A DNA stretch of 64,000 nt from Planctomycetota bacterium. Its GTDB lineage: Bacteria > Planctomycetota > UBA8108 > SXIK01. Under the pieces are notes generated by a model. That model had not been told where the DNA came from, did not search any database, and saw nothing but the letters and a program-made list of their open reading frames with translations. The stretch is from contig OZ244999.1 of NCBI GenBank assembly GCA_965223265.1, positions 1,696,001 through 1,760,000 of the forward strand. Reading direction: 5' to 3'. The translations under genes were made by a program, and so were the position numbers. Of this stretch, positions 53,047 through 63,227 are shown piece by piece; the first letter of the stretch is position 1; the number at the start of each line of letters is the position of its first letter.

Positions 53047-55908
53047 ATGAAAAGATCACTCTCGCCTGTCGTTCGTGCTGGGCTGGTCAGCGTCTGGTTG
53101 GTGGCGAACGGCAGCGTTGCCCTGATCCTAAAGGCCGCACCCGACCGTACGAGCAACGACCTCGCCCAGGGTCCGGCGTTGATCGTCCCAGCCTCGGATT
53201 GGCCAGCCTACAGACGAGATGGCGGCTTGACCGGCTTCTCTCCGCTTCGCGGCGGGCTGGCGCACGCGCCGTCTCGGCGCTGGACGGTCGAGCTCGGCGG
53301 TCCGCGCGTCCCCGCCGAGGGCGTACGGTTTGAGGACTTGAACGGCGATGGCCACGACGAGCTCCTCCGAGTCCTTGCCGATCGACTCGTGTGCCAGAAC
53401 ATCCGCGGCGGCCGGCTATGGGAAACACCTCCTCTCTCTCATCCAAACGTCGACGTGATCCACGACTTCGCAGGAGACGGCACGCGCGGTCTTCTCGTGC
53501 GTGCCTCGACGGGCACCGAGCACCGGACCTACTTGATCAGTGGGATCAACGGAAAGACGACGCTTCTCTACACGACTCGCAACGTGTTTGGGCGCTATGA
53601 GCGATTCGGAAAGATCCTGGCAGGCGTGCGTGGCGATCAGCTCTGCGCCTGGTGGAGTGGCGATCCTGTGGCCACGTTCGGCGGCGACGGCATGCGCGGT
53701 TTCGGCTACCTCTGGAGTTTCGAGAAGGGGCTCGAAACGCCGACGCTGCGTTTTCACGCCGACGAGGTGGGGACGATCTACGCTCCGCTTCACCTTTTCG
53801 CCGACATGGACGGCGACGGTGATGAGGACATGGTCATGGTGTCTCACGAACAGCTGTGGGTCTACGACTTGCGCTCCGGCAAGAAGATCATGCAGTCGAT
53901 CTGGGGGCCGCAGATACGGACGTATTGGGCGGCAACCGCTGCGATGCCGCTCGTACCCGGAGAGCTTCCTTCTCTCCTGATGATTAATCCGATGCTTCCC
54001 GGCGTGCAGGTGGTGACGCAAGACGGCACGAAGGCGGTGAGTCGGTGGAAGCGCGTCGTCGGCGATGACGAAAACCAGTACCAAAAGAAAGTGAAGATCG
54101 AGCGAGCCGCTCCCGATCCATTTGTCGACCTTGATGGCGATGGCGATATCGAGATTCTCGCCGCAGTCACCAACGAGCACGACGATGGAGAGACCTACTT
54201 GACGATGTTTCGAGCTTCTGACGGCCATCGCGTGTTTGATCAGCCGGGCTTGAGCGTCATCGCAGTTGACGATTTGGATGGCGACGGCAGGTTGGAGGTG
54301 TTTTTGCGAGAGGGTGATGGTGCGCTTCGCATCTCCAACTGGATCGCTGGCCGCTTCGTCGATCGTTGGCGAGGCTTTGGTGTAGAGCCGTTAACGATCC
54401 CGGAGCCGTCCGAGGGGCACCTGGCGCGCGCTGTCGGAGCGAGAGTGACGCGCCGCAATATGCCGCTCTGGCGCTTGAAAGACGGATCGGAGTTCGTCCT
54501 CATGCGGCGTGGGGCTGATGTCGTCGGCTGTCGTCTGGTCCCGGCGGGGACGCTCGAATTCGGCGGGACGATCGAGACGCACGAAGTGCTGGGCAATTCT
54601 TCGCGACCTCCGAAACCTTACGCGTGGAACGGTCGCGAACTGACGATCAGAGCGGACGGAAAGTCGAGCACGACTTACACGCTTCCGCATCAGCAGCAGT
54701 ATCGCGCCCCGCCACCGCTCGTAGGACGACACGGAGGCGCGCGGCGCATTTTCGTGCGTGAGGCGTCTGGCGCCTACGTCAGCTACGCACCGGACGGCGC
54801 CGATCGACGAGTCGTTGCTCCGCAGACGCCTCCAGTGAACGGTGCTTCACTAACGGATCTCGACGGCAGTGACACCAACGAGTTGCTCGTGCTCTCCGGT
54901 GAAGATCGCGCTCGGGCGAACGTTGTCACCGTCGACGCGGCGGGGCAGCGTCGGTTGCAAATCTCACCTCCTGAGGGCTGCACCGAGGCTACACTCGGGC
55001 CCTCCGGTCGTCTGGGGCAGGACGGCGGGCGCTGGTTCGTCGTGCGCTATCGCGTCGCCTTTCAAAACACGCGCGTCGTCGCCTATGATGGGAGAGATGG
55101 CGCGCAGCTGTGGGAACGAGACTTCCTCGGCCCCGAGAGAGTCCCTTCGACGACGTTTGTCCTTCACCTTCCGACCGCCGTTCACGACGTCGATGGCGAC
55201 GGCGCTGACGATCTCATCGCCTCGTCGGAGAATTGGTACGAGGTGATCAGCGTTCGAGACAATCGTACGGTGACGCCGAACACTGTGATCACTGCAGCTG
55301 TGCCGGGACATTGGGGAGCGTACGCTGTCCCCGTTGTCGCCGACCTCACCGGCCGCGGCTCGCCACTTGTGTTTCACAACGGGGCCTACGCCCTCACACT
55401 CGTGACCGAAACGGACGGCACGCCACGCTGGCACTACGGACTCACTCGCGATACGACCCACGCTGCGATGGCTGGTTTTGCGGACCTTGACGCCAGCGGC
55501 ACGCTCGAAATCGTCACGACGCAGAAGGACGGACTGCTGCGCGGGTTTGACGCTCAGCCAACCGCGAAGAAGTGTCCGACTTGCCCACCCGCAGAGTCAC
55601 GGGGAGACGCCAATCGCAGTGGTGGTGTACGCTGGACTTTTCGCCTACCGCCTCCAGTCAGCGACTTCGCCTCGCTCGATCTCGATGGGAACGGAAGCGT
55701 GGAACTTGTGTGTGGCGCCGGCGACGGCAAGCTCTATGCACTGCAGGAGACAAATGGACACGTGGAGATGCTTTGGAGCCTCGACCTTGGTAGCGAGGTG
55801 GGCGCGCCAGTCATCGCCGATCTGGACGCCGACGGCCTCCCCGAGGTTCTCGTCTCGAGTGCCGACGGCCGTCTTCATGCGCTCGGTGCGGCGGCTGTCT
55901 CCAAGTGA
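53047..55908 (+). CDS. Secreted FG-GAP/VCBS-like Ca-binding beta-propeller protein
   Basis: About eleven DxDGDG-like loops (DLNGDGHDE, DMDGDGDED, DLDGDGDIE, DVDGDGADD, DLDADGLPE and others); N-terminal WPAYRRD PQQ-like start. Confidence 0.85.
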   Translation: MKRSLSPVVRAGLVSVWLVANGSVALILKAAPDRTSNDLAQGPALIVPASDWPAYRRDGGLTGFSPLRGGLAHAPSRRWTVELGGPRVPAEGVRFEDLNGDGHDELLRVLADRLVCQNIRGGRLWETPPLSHPNVDVIHDFAGDGTRGLLVRASTGTEHRTYLISGINGKTTLLYTTRNVFGRYERFGKILAGVRGDQLCAWWSGDPVATFGGDGMRGFGYLWSFEKGLETPTLRFHADEVGTIYAPLHLFADMDGDGDEDMVMVSHEQLWVYDLRSGKKIMQSIWGPQIRTYWAATAAMPLVPGELPSLLMINPMLPGVQVVTQDGTKAVSRWKRVVGDDENQYQKKVKIERAAPDPFVDLDGDGDIEILAAVTNEHDDGETYLTMFRASDGHRVFDQPGLSVIAVDDLDGDGRLEVFLREGDGALRISNWIAGRFVDRWRGFGVEPLTIPEPSEGHLARAVGARVTRRNMPLWRLKDGSEFVLMRRGADVVGCRLVPAGTLEFGGTIETHEVLGNSSRPPKPYAWNGRELTIRADGKSSTTYTLPHQQQYRAPPPLVGRHGGARRIFVREASGAYVSYAPDGADRRVVAPQTPPVNGASLTDLDGSDTNELLVLSGEDRARANVVTVDAAGQRRLQISPPEGCTEATLGPSGRLGQDGGRWFVVRYRVAFQNTRVVAYDGRDGAQLWERDFLGPERVPSTTFVLHLPTAVHDVDGDGADDLIASSENWYEVISVRDNRTVTPNTVITAAVPGHWGAYAVPVVADLTGRGSPLVFHNGAYALTLVTETDGTPRWHYGLTRDTTHAAMAGFADLDASGTLEIVTTQKDGLLRGFDAQPTAKKCPTCPPAESRGDANRSGGVRWTFRLPPPVSDFASLDLDGNGSVELVCGAGDGKLYALQETNGHVEMLWSLDLGSEVGAPVIADLDADGLPEVLVSSADGRLHALGAAAVSK

Positions 55909-55977
55909 CCCCCGCGCGCGGGCGTGGGCGCCGCCTTGAGTAGCCGGCTCGTGCCGCGTGCTTATTCGGACTTGGAA

Positions 55978-56076
55978 GAGTGTGGGATTGCGAGTGCGAG
56001 TGCGTGGGAGTCGGAGTACTCGGCTTCTGCCGCTGTATCCACCTCTGTCTCTGCCTCCGCTTCCGTCTCCGCCTCC
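55978..56076 (+). repeat. Intergenic hexamer-periodic repeat (GAGTGC array followed by a GYYTCY array)
   Basis: gattgc gagtgc gagtgc gtggga gtcgga, then gcttct gccgct gtatcc acctct gtctct gcctcc gcttcc gtctcc gcctcc. Confidence 0.75.
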
Positions 56077-56195
56077 TTCTCGCTCTGCTCGGCGAGATGT
56101 CGACGCCCCCTTCCGCATCGGTTACTCTCGGCGATCGAGTTCGTCGCAGGGAACGCGACCGCAAGTGTGGTGCGCCGGAGTCAAGGAGCCTGACA

Positions 56196-57134
56196 ATGAA
56201 TCAGCGCAGCGACCTCGCCATAAGTCGGCGGACGATGCTTGTTCGATCCGCGAGCGCAGGACTGGCAGCATGGGCAGCAACCGGGTGTGCACCTTTGAGA
56301 CGTCGACGGGTTGGAGCGAGTGAGGAGCGGTTTCGTATTCGCGTTCTCAACCGCAAGTACGACCTCCATCGTCCGAGAGGATGCACGCTCCTGGCGATCG
56401 AAGTTGCGGACTGGCCGGGAAACGAGTTTGGTTTGTGGCTGCCGGAGACTGTCTACGGCGGTGGTGAAAAGCTTTGGGGCAACTGGGGGGATGACGCAGA
56501 GCAGCACTTCACGCAGGACGAGCGCGGGCGGTGGGTCACGCGACGGGACTTCTCTGGTTTCCACGTTGTGTCGACGCTGACGCCGGATCCCGAAAGATCA
56601 TGTCTCTGGTATCGCCATACGTTCCATAACACGGGAGAGCAGACTCTCCACCAACTCAACACCCAAACGTGCTTTCATCTTGTGAACGCGCCGCAGTTCA
56701 TCTCCTTGCGAGGAAGCCGCGTGTGGGCGAACCTGGACGGAGTTTGGATGACGACTGACGGCGTCGAGCGTGATCAGTCGCCCGATCCACGCCGAGTCTG
56801 GTTCCTTCGCCAGGGTCTGCGTGACGAACGTACGATCGTGCCGCAGCCTTTCCCGAGCGCAATCATGCCGCAGGCTGCGCATAGCGCACTCCTCATAGCC
56901 GAGAACTTCGCTGGTAACGGCTGCGTGGCCATCGCTTCGCGCAACCTCGAGAAACTGTTCAACAACAACGACAGCATTCTTCGCTGTCTCCACAGCGAAT
57001 CGCTGCCGATCGACCGTCTCGAGCCCGGCCAGTGGGCGCACCAAGATTCCGTGATTCTCTTCTACGCTGGCGATCACGAAGCCACGATCGAGCATTTCGT
57101 GAACCACATCGAGTCAAGTTGGCCGCCAGCGTGA
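56196..57134 (+). CDS. Hypothetical Tat-lipoprotein-like protein
   Basis: AAGGAG RBS; MNQRSDLAISRRTMLVRS...AWAATGC (twin Arg plus lipobox-like Cys); beta-rich body. Confidence 0.75.
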   Translation: MNQRSDLAISRRTMLVRSASAGLAAWAATGCAPLRRRRVGASEERFRIRVLNRKYDLHRPRGCTLLAIEVADWPGNEFGLWLPETVYGGGEKLWGNWGDDAEQHFTQDERGRWVTRRDFSGFHVVSTLTPDPERSCLWYRHTFHNTGEQTLHQLNTQTCFHLVNAPQFISLRGSRVWANLDGVWMTTDGVERDQSPDPRRVWFLRQGLRDERTIVPQPFPSAIMPQAAHSALLIAENFAGNGCVAIASRNLEKLFNNNDSILRCLHSESLPIDRLEPGQWAHQDSVILFYAGDHEATIEHFVNHIESSWPPA

Positions 57135-57186
57135 TCGGCGACATGCATGAAGCCACGACGAGGAGATTCCTCTTTGTGGGGTCGGA

Positions 57187-59328
57187 CTACGGCGACTTCG
57201 ATGTCAACATCTGAAGAAGCCGCTTGATCGGACCGCCCCGCTCATCGGGTGTCATGTAGAAACGGTAGCCGTGATCGGCGAGCTTGATCCCGAGCATCTT
57301 TTCCAGGCCGCGGGCGACGAACTGGCGATTGATGAGGAATTTGTCGTCGAGAGCCCCGATCAACAGTGGTAAAGCCCATCGCGCGTCCGTGCGTGCTAGG
57401 ACATCAGCTGCCACCAGGCGAACATGTTCGTGGTCACTCGCGAGCCAACCGAGTGCAGCCGGTTCGTCACGGCGCGGGTATTTGGCGGCCAGCAGGTTTT
57501 CGGCATAGGAGGCGCCGTACCAGTCGGCGAGGTATCCTAAAGTCCAGTTGATGCTCTTGTCGGTGTGGCACATGTTGCACGCGTTGGGCTCATTGCTTTC
57601 GATCATGCTGCGTTCGGTCGGCGAGTAGATCGTATGCGTGCGCACGAGATCCTGGAGCCCCTCGTTGAGGCGCGGCATGTGGCAGTTCATGCAGCGGCTG
57701 CCGCTGCTGCCTCCCGCGTGATGAGTGTGCGCCTGCCGCGCCGCGGGTGTGCCCAGCGTGTCGCTGTGGCACTTGAGGCAGAGCTCATCATCCTCGTCCG
57801 GAGAGCGCGACCACTTCGCTCCCGTCGCAGTGTGTGGGTCGTGGCAGTCGACACACTGTAGCTGCGAGTAGCAAGCACCGAGCATGGCGTCGGAGTACTC
57901 CGTCGAGTTCCACGTCGACATACCGTTGGCGTACTGCGGACGGTTGCCCGAATGACACCGGCCGCAGACCCAATTGACGTTGGCGTGTGTGCGCCCCCCA
58001 GAGAGGCGGCGTCCAAACGACTCGAGCAGAAGGTTGGGACTAACCGGTACGAAGAGCGGCTTCTCCAGCTTCTCCTCGGCGTGCGCCCGGCCGCCGAGAT
58101 GGCATGCCTCACAGCTGACGCCGAGAGTTGAGGCGTAGCGCCGGGCATCCATTTGCTCGATGTTGGCGAACATCCTGCCGACGTCGGCATCTTTAAAGTC
58201 GCTGACCGCGCGCGCCGCTAAAACTTCCGGACGAGCCTGTTCGAGGTAGCGTGAAGCATACCAATGCAGTGCCATCGGCGTGTGACGACCGAGAAGCCGC
58301 GGGTGGCGGATGAACATATCCCCGAGCGGAAACGTCGTGTGGCAGTGGTTGCAGGTGTAGTAAGGGAAAAATGCGTCGTCGTGATCAGCGCCGTCGTATG
58401 GGTCTGCACGCTTGCCGTCGGGCAACTCCTCGTCAATGTGGACGACCGGCACCCATTCCTTCTCGTCGAGCCAGTAGCCAAACGGGAGCACGTGATCGAC
58501 CCGGTCGATTGGATTGGTGCTTGCTGGCGGGCCCTCGATCTGCACACCGACGTAGTACTGAAAGAAACGCGAGCCGATCGTCTGGCTGATGCGGTAGACA
58601 CGGCGGACGTCGCCGCGTTCGAGGCGCATGCGGTAGTCTTCTGCCGTCTTGTAGAACGTCGCTTTGCCACCGAGGTAGGAGATCGATGCCTCGCCTGAGA
58701 AGTCACCTTTGATGGTGTCCGTCGTCGCCTCTGTATTCATCCAGCGGTGCGGATGCTGTGACCACGATTCGTACTGTTCGGCGTGGCACTCGCCGCACGC
58801 TTCCGGGCCGACGTAGTCTTGTGGATGGATGTTGCTGTAGGGGCGGGACGCGAGTCGTTTGAGTGCTTCCGGAGCTTTCTCCCACCAAAGCACGAGGCGT
58901 GCCGGTGTTGGCAAGCGCGGCGCAGCGCGGGAGTGTGCGACGTAAAACGGGCCGTTCTCGCCGCCGACTCGCGGGCTTGGGTTTTCGGGGGTCGACTGCC
59001 ACCAGGGAGATGTTTTGAGCCACGGCGAGATGTTCTTCGACCAGTCGCTGCCGGCGTGGATCTCCGGAGGCTTTGGACGCGGCGCGGCAGCCGCGGTCGC
59101 CTCGGGCGTTGCGATCACATCGTCACCTGCCGGCGCGCCTCGCGTCTCGATGGCGTCGCTGGACGTCTCAGCGCCAACGGATTCAACCGTGTTGCTGGCG
59201 TCTTCCTGAGAGGTGTGCGACGCGGACTTGCCGTCACAACCGCTCTGAACGAATACCGCGGCGCAGTGCAGCATCAAGAAAGTTAGGGTGATGCCGACGA
59301 ACGTCGTCCGGCGTGGGATCGGCTCCAT
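57187..59328 (-). CDS. Octaheme c-type cytochrome with C-terminal HEAT-like repeats, probable lipoprotein
   Basis: Eight CxxCH motifs: CGECH, CNHCH, CEACH, CGRCH, CVDCH, CLKCH, CMNCH, CNMCH. AAGGAG RBS before ATG 59328; QSGC lipobox-like. Confidence 0.9.
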   Translation of the reverse strand: MEPIPRRTTFVGITLTFLMLHCAAVFVQSGCDGKSASHTSQEDASNTVESVGAETSSDAIETRGAPAGDDVIATPEATAAAAPRPKPPEIHAGSDWSKNISPWLKTSPWWQSTPENPSPRVGGENGPFYVAHSRAAPRLPTPARLVLWWEKAPEALKRLASRPYSNIHPQDYVGPEACGECHAEQYESWSQHPHRWMNTEATTDTIKGDFSGEASISYLGGKATFYKTAEDYRMRLERGDVRRVYRISQTIGSRFFQYYVGVQIEGPPASTNPIDRVDHVLPFGYWLDEKEWVPVVHIDEELPDGKRADPYDGADHDDAFFPYYTCNHCHTTFPLGDMFIRHPRLLGRHTPMALHWYASRYLEQARPEVLAARAVSDFKDADVGRMFANIEQMDARRYASTLGVSCEACHLGGRAHAEEKLEKPLFVPVSPNLLLESFGRRLSGGRTHANVNWVCGRCHSGNRPQYANGMSTWNSTEYSDAMLGACYSQLQCVDCHDPHTATGAKWSRSPDEDDELCLKCHSDTLGTPAARQAHTHHAGGSSGSRCMNCHMPRLNEGLQDLVRTHTIYSPTERSMIESNEPNACNMCHTDKSINWTLGYLADWYGASYAENLLAAKYPRRDEPAALGWLASDHEHVRLVAADVLARTDARWALPLLIGALDDKFLINRQFVARGLEKMLGIKLADHGYRFYMTPDERGGPIKRLLQMLTSKSP

Positions 59329-59952
59329 CGGGAGCTCCTTCGGGCTGAAATCTTGCGTACCTGTTGGCGTCGTGAGAAGCAGCGATGGTACCACGGCAGC
59401 CAATCCCCAGGAACACTCTGAAGCTGAGAGAGGGGGCACGTGCGACCACTTAAACTGCTGCGCGAGCGCGCGAACACAGCGCTGACGGGTGCACGATCGC
59501 GGCGCGGACGTCGTCAAGCTACGCGATGGGCGGGACGATCGGCGCGCTTTCGGCGCTCTCATCGACCGGCAGGCCGCCCGAAGGAGGGATCGCTCGTCGC
59601 GCCGCGCGAAAAGCGAGCCGCACCGTCGTCGTAGGGCCGATCAGCGCCAGCCAAAGGCACAGTTTGACGAGTCTGAGACCAGCACCCTCTCTGAACATGG
59701 CGCGCTCCGAACTGCGGTTCTGTATTGCAGACGCCTGAAACGGGGCCACGAACTTGGCTTCACACCCGGGGGACGCTCAAGACGCGGGCGACCGAACTTC
59801 CGTCGCACGCGAACAGAACACTGTGGCTCCAATGCCGACCAACGCGATGATGGAACGTTTGGAGAAATACTTCGTGTTACGTGCGCGTCGACGCTCTATA
59901 ACATCAGCCGGCAGTTCCTAGGACTCGACCTTGAGGCGCTGAAAGAGACTCG

Positions 59953-62259
59953 ATGCTCAAGACTTTTCCCGGGCCGCGGAAGCCCGTACGGCTTGGACAA
60001 ATCGTCGTTCCCCTTCTCCTCGTCTCCAGCTGTTTCGCCCCGCGCGTGGACTTTCTCTTCGCCGACGACTCCAAGGCAGATCCAGCCGACTCTGCCGAGC
60101 CGCCGCTCGAGGTTGTGCAAGAAGACGCCATCGGCTCCCAGGCGACGGACGACGCTGACGACACGAACGCGCGGCGGGATGGCTCTCATGCTCGCGACGA
60201 CGGCGCCGGCCTTCTTGACCCAATCGTCGTCACGGCGACGCGCATCGAGGAGCAGAACTTCTACGTGCCGTACACGGTAGACGTTTTGGACGGCAACACG
60301 CTCTCGTCGGAACGTGCTGCCAGAACGCTACCCGAAGCGCTGAGCGAGACCCCGGGCGTCTTGGTCCAAAAAACCGGTCACGGTCAGGGGTCGCCATTCA
60401 TTCGCGGTTTCACCAGCCAGCGAACTCTTCTCTTGATTGATGGCATTCGGCTCAACAACGCGGTTTTTCGCGAAGGCCCAAATCAGTATTGGAACACTGT
60501 CGATCCACTGACGATCGACCGCCTCGAGGTGGTGAAGGGGCCGAGCTCGGTGCTCTACGGCAGCGACGCAATCGGCGGTACTGTCAGCGTGACGACGCGG
60601 AGTCGAGAGCCCCTGCGCGAAGGTGACGCCGCGAACGGCGCGTTCGATTGGGGCCGCCGCATCTACTACCGCTTCGCCAGCGCTGAAAATTCGCACGCAA
60701 GTCGTGCCGAGCTCGATGCCGCCTACGGGACGCATGTCGGCATCCTCGGCGGAGTGACGTACAAGGACTTTGGCGACCTCTCCGGTGGTCGCGACATCGG
60801 TGAGATGCCAAACACGGGCTACGAGGACTTCGATGCCGACGTGAAGACGATCGTGCGGCTGCGACCCGATCTCGATTTGGTCTTGGCGTTCCAGCGCGTC
60901 GACCAAGACGACGTGCCGCGAACGCACTCGACGATCTTCTCAAAGAGCTTCCGCGGCACCACGATCGGCACCGACTTCAAGCGGGACCTCGATCAGATCA
61001 GGCACCTCGGGTACGCCCAACTACACTGGCAGCCGGAGGCCGACTGGCTTTCCCGCGTCAGCTTCAGCACATCGTACCAGCAACAGGAAGAGATCGAGGT
61101 GCGTGTGCGCAGTAACGCCCGCAAGCGCCGTCAAGGGTTTCGGGACGGAACCTTCGGCTCGTGGGTGCAGTTTGAGAGTCCCGCGCCGATCGGCACTTTG
61201 ACCTACGGCGTGGAGTACTACCACGACGAGGTCGATTCGTTCTTCAAGGAGTTTGAGCCTGACGGTTCTCTGCGATCGGTGCGTCCCCGCGGGCCTGTCG
61301 CCGACGACGCTTCCTATGACCTACTGGGCGTCTACCTCCAGGACGCGTTTCGACCTGTCGAGCGTCTGGAGGTCATCGTTGGAGGCCGCTTCAACTATGC
61401 CCATGCTGAGGCCGACGAAGTCGATCCAGACCCATCAAGCGCACCGAACTTCGGCGACTTGAATGAGGACTTCAGCTCCGCCGTCGGAAGCTTGCGTCTG
61501 GTTTATGAGATGCTCGAGGAGTGGAATCTCTTCGGCGGCGTCTCGCAAGGGTTTCGCGCTCCCAACCTGGCAGACCTGACACGCTTCGACGTAGCTCGGA
61601 GTGGCGAGGTGGAAACACCGGCTCCGGATCTCGACCCAGAGGATTTCGTCTCCTTCGAAGCGGGCTCCAAATTGTGGATCGAGGAGGTCGGACTTGAGAC
61701 TTACGCGTCATACCACTACACGTTGATCGACGGCATGATCGTGCGATTTCCGACCGGCAACGTGATCGATGGCGATCCAGAAGTGACAAAGGACAACGCC
61801 GGGGACGGGTTTCTGCACGGCGTCGAGCTCGGGCTGGCGTGGAATTTTTGCGGCGGCTTCACGGCGCTCGGCAGTGTGACTTGGATGGAAGGCGAAGTCG
61901 ACACTTTCATCGGCAGCACGAAATCGCGCAAACCGCTGTCACGGCTTCAACCCGCGACGGGGATTATCGGGTTGCGTTGGGACTCTCCCGAGCGGAAGTA
62001 CTGGGTTGAGTCGACGGTGACGATCGTCGACAACCAGGACCGCCTGTCGCCGCGCGACGAAGCCGACACGCAGCGGATTCCTCCTGGCGGTACGCCGGGC
62101 TATACGATCTATACGATCAGAGGTGGTGCCCAGGTCATCGAAGGATTGAAACTCTTCGCCGCCGTTGAGAACATTACGGATGTCGACTACAGGGTGCACG
62201 GCAGCGGGCAGAACGCTCCAGGAACGAACGCCATCCTAGGCGCAGACTGGAGATTCTAA
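59953..62259 (+). CDS. TonB-dependent outer-membrane receptor
   Basis: TonB box DPIVVTATR, plug IRGF...LIDGIR...EVVKGPSSVLYGSDAIGG, GFRAPNL, VENITD, C-terminal WRF. Confidence 0.95.
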   Translation: MLKTFPGPRKPVRLGQIVVPLLLVSSCFAPRVDFLFADDSKADPADSAEPPLEVVQEDAIGSQATDDADDTNARRDGSHARDDGAGLLDPIVVTATRIEEQNFYVPYTVDVLDGNTLSSERAARTLPEALSETPGVLVQKTGHGQGSPFIRGFTSQRTLLLIDGIRLNNAVFREGPNQYWNTVDPLTIDRLEVVKGPSSVLYGSDAIGGTVSVTTRSREPLREGDAANGAFDWGRRIYYRFASAENSHASRAELDAAYGTHVGILGGVTYKDFGDLSGGRDIGEMPNTGYEDFDADVKTIVRLRPDLDLVLAFQRVDQDDVPRTHSTIFSKSFRGTTIGTDFKRDLDQIRHLGYAQLHWQPEADWLSRVSFSTSYQQQEEIEVRVRSNARKRRQGFRDGTFGSWVQFESPAPIGTLTYGVEYYHDEVDSFFKEFEPDGSLRSVRPRGPVADDASYDLLGVYLQDAFRPVERLEVIVGGRFNYAHAEADEVDPDPSSAPNFGDLNEDFSSAVGSLRLVYEMLEEWNLFGGVSQGFRAPNLADLTRFDVARSGEVETPAPDLDPEDFVSFEAGSKLWIEEVGLETYASYHYTLIDGMIVRFPTGNVIDGDPEVTKDNAGDGFLHGVELGLAWNFCGGFTALGSVTWMEGEVDTFIGSTKSRKPLSRLQPATGIIGLRWDSPERKYWVESTVTIVDNQDRLSPRDEADTQRIPPGGTPGYTIYTIRGGAQVIEGLKLFAAVENITDVDYRVHGSGQNAPGTNAILGADWRF

Positions 62260-62277
62260 CGTTATGATAGACAGGAC

Positions 62278-63210
62278 ATGAGCCGCTCCTACTTCGTCAG
62301 TCAGAGCTTTGCCGTCGCGGTGACGATCTCGAGTGCCCTCCACGGGGGGATTTTCGTGGCGCTCAGCTACTATGGCGATCCCGAGGCGTCGGCGACTCCT
62401 CCTGCATCGCTGAAGGGGGAGTCGTCGGTGCGCGTCACGTGGCGTCGCGATCAGTTCGTTCGCGTCGAGGACTTCCTTCGAGCGATGGAGACGAAGGAAT
62501 CAGCGGATGACCACTCGCCTGCGGTAGCGGTTCGGCGTGCCGCCGTACAAAGTCTTCCACCGGTGCCCTCTGCATTTGCAGGGAAGATCCCTGAATCGCT
62601 GCCTCAAGGAGATTCCGTACCGCGGCAGCTACCACCCCTCAGGGAGACGCCGCGATCAGAGATGTCGTCCGTCCTGCCGCTGGAGCCCAGGCGTGCGACC
62701 GCTGAATGGGTACCACACCAGCACAACCATGAGCCCAATCAGCGAACGCATCGCGTCGAAGCCGCTTCAGATTCGGCCGCGGCGACCGGGCGACTTTTGT
62801 CGGGGCGCTTCGCGGCGACGCCGCGGCCGCCGCGTGACACAGCTTCGACGTCCTCAAGTACTGCCGAGACGGAAGGTCACTCGGCACCTGCTCACGACGA
62901 GTCGCACCCGGCGAGCGAAGCGCCCCGCACCGCTGGTCTTGAGCGCGGTGTGACGCTGGTCGGCAAGATCGCGCCGCGTTATCCACGCAGTTGCCGCCGT
63001 CGCGGTCATGAGGGAACCGGAAAGCTGCGCGTCGAGGTGTCGCCGATCGGGACGGTCGTGAGCGTGCGCGTTTTCGACTTTTCAGGTTGTGACGAGTTGT
63101 CGGCGGCTGCCGTCGAAGCGGTGCAGGCCGTATCGTTTCAACCGGCGCGACGTGATGGAAAACCCATCGCCAGCACGATCGTTCTGCCGATCGAGTTTCG
63201 CCTCGAGTGA
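62278..63210 (+). CDS. tonB: Energy transducer TonB
   Basis: N-terminal TM with SSALHGG (S-x3-H), Pro-rich linker, C-terminal PRYP...GHEG...FQPARRDGKPI...IEFRLE. Confidence 0.88.
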   Translation: MSRSYFVSQSFAVAVTISSALHGGIFVALSYYGDPEASATPPASLKGESSVRVTWRRDQFVRVEDFLRAMETKESADDHSPAVAVRRAAVQSLPPVPSAFAGKIPESLPQGDSVPRQLPPLRETPRSEMSSVLPLEPRRATAEWVPHQHNHEPNQRTHRVEAASDSAAATGRLLSGRFAATPRPPRDTASTSSSTAETEGHSAPAHDESHPASEAPRTAGLERGVTLVGKIAPRYPRSCRRRGHEGTGKLRVEVSPIGTVVSVRVFDFSGCDELSAAAVEAVQAVSFQPARRDGKPIASTIVLPIEFRLE

Positions 63211-63227
63211 CAACGGTAGGAGTCGCC

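Noticed and set aside
59329-59952. Cobalamin or other riboswitch upstream of the TonB receptor
   Set aside because: The expected cores (GGGAA, GCCACTG, AGCCAGRAGACCTGCC) could not be found in order. An Rfam scan would be decisive.
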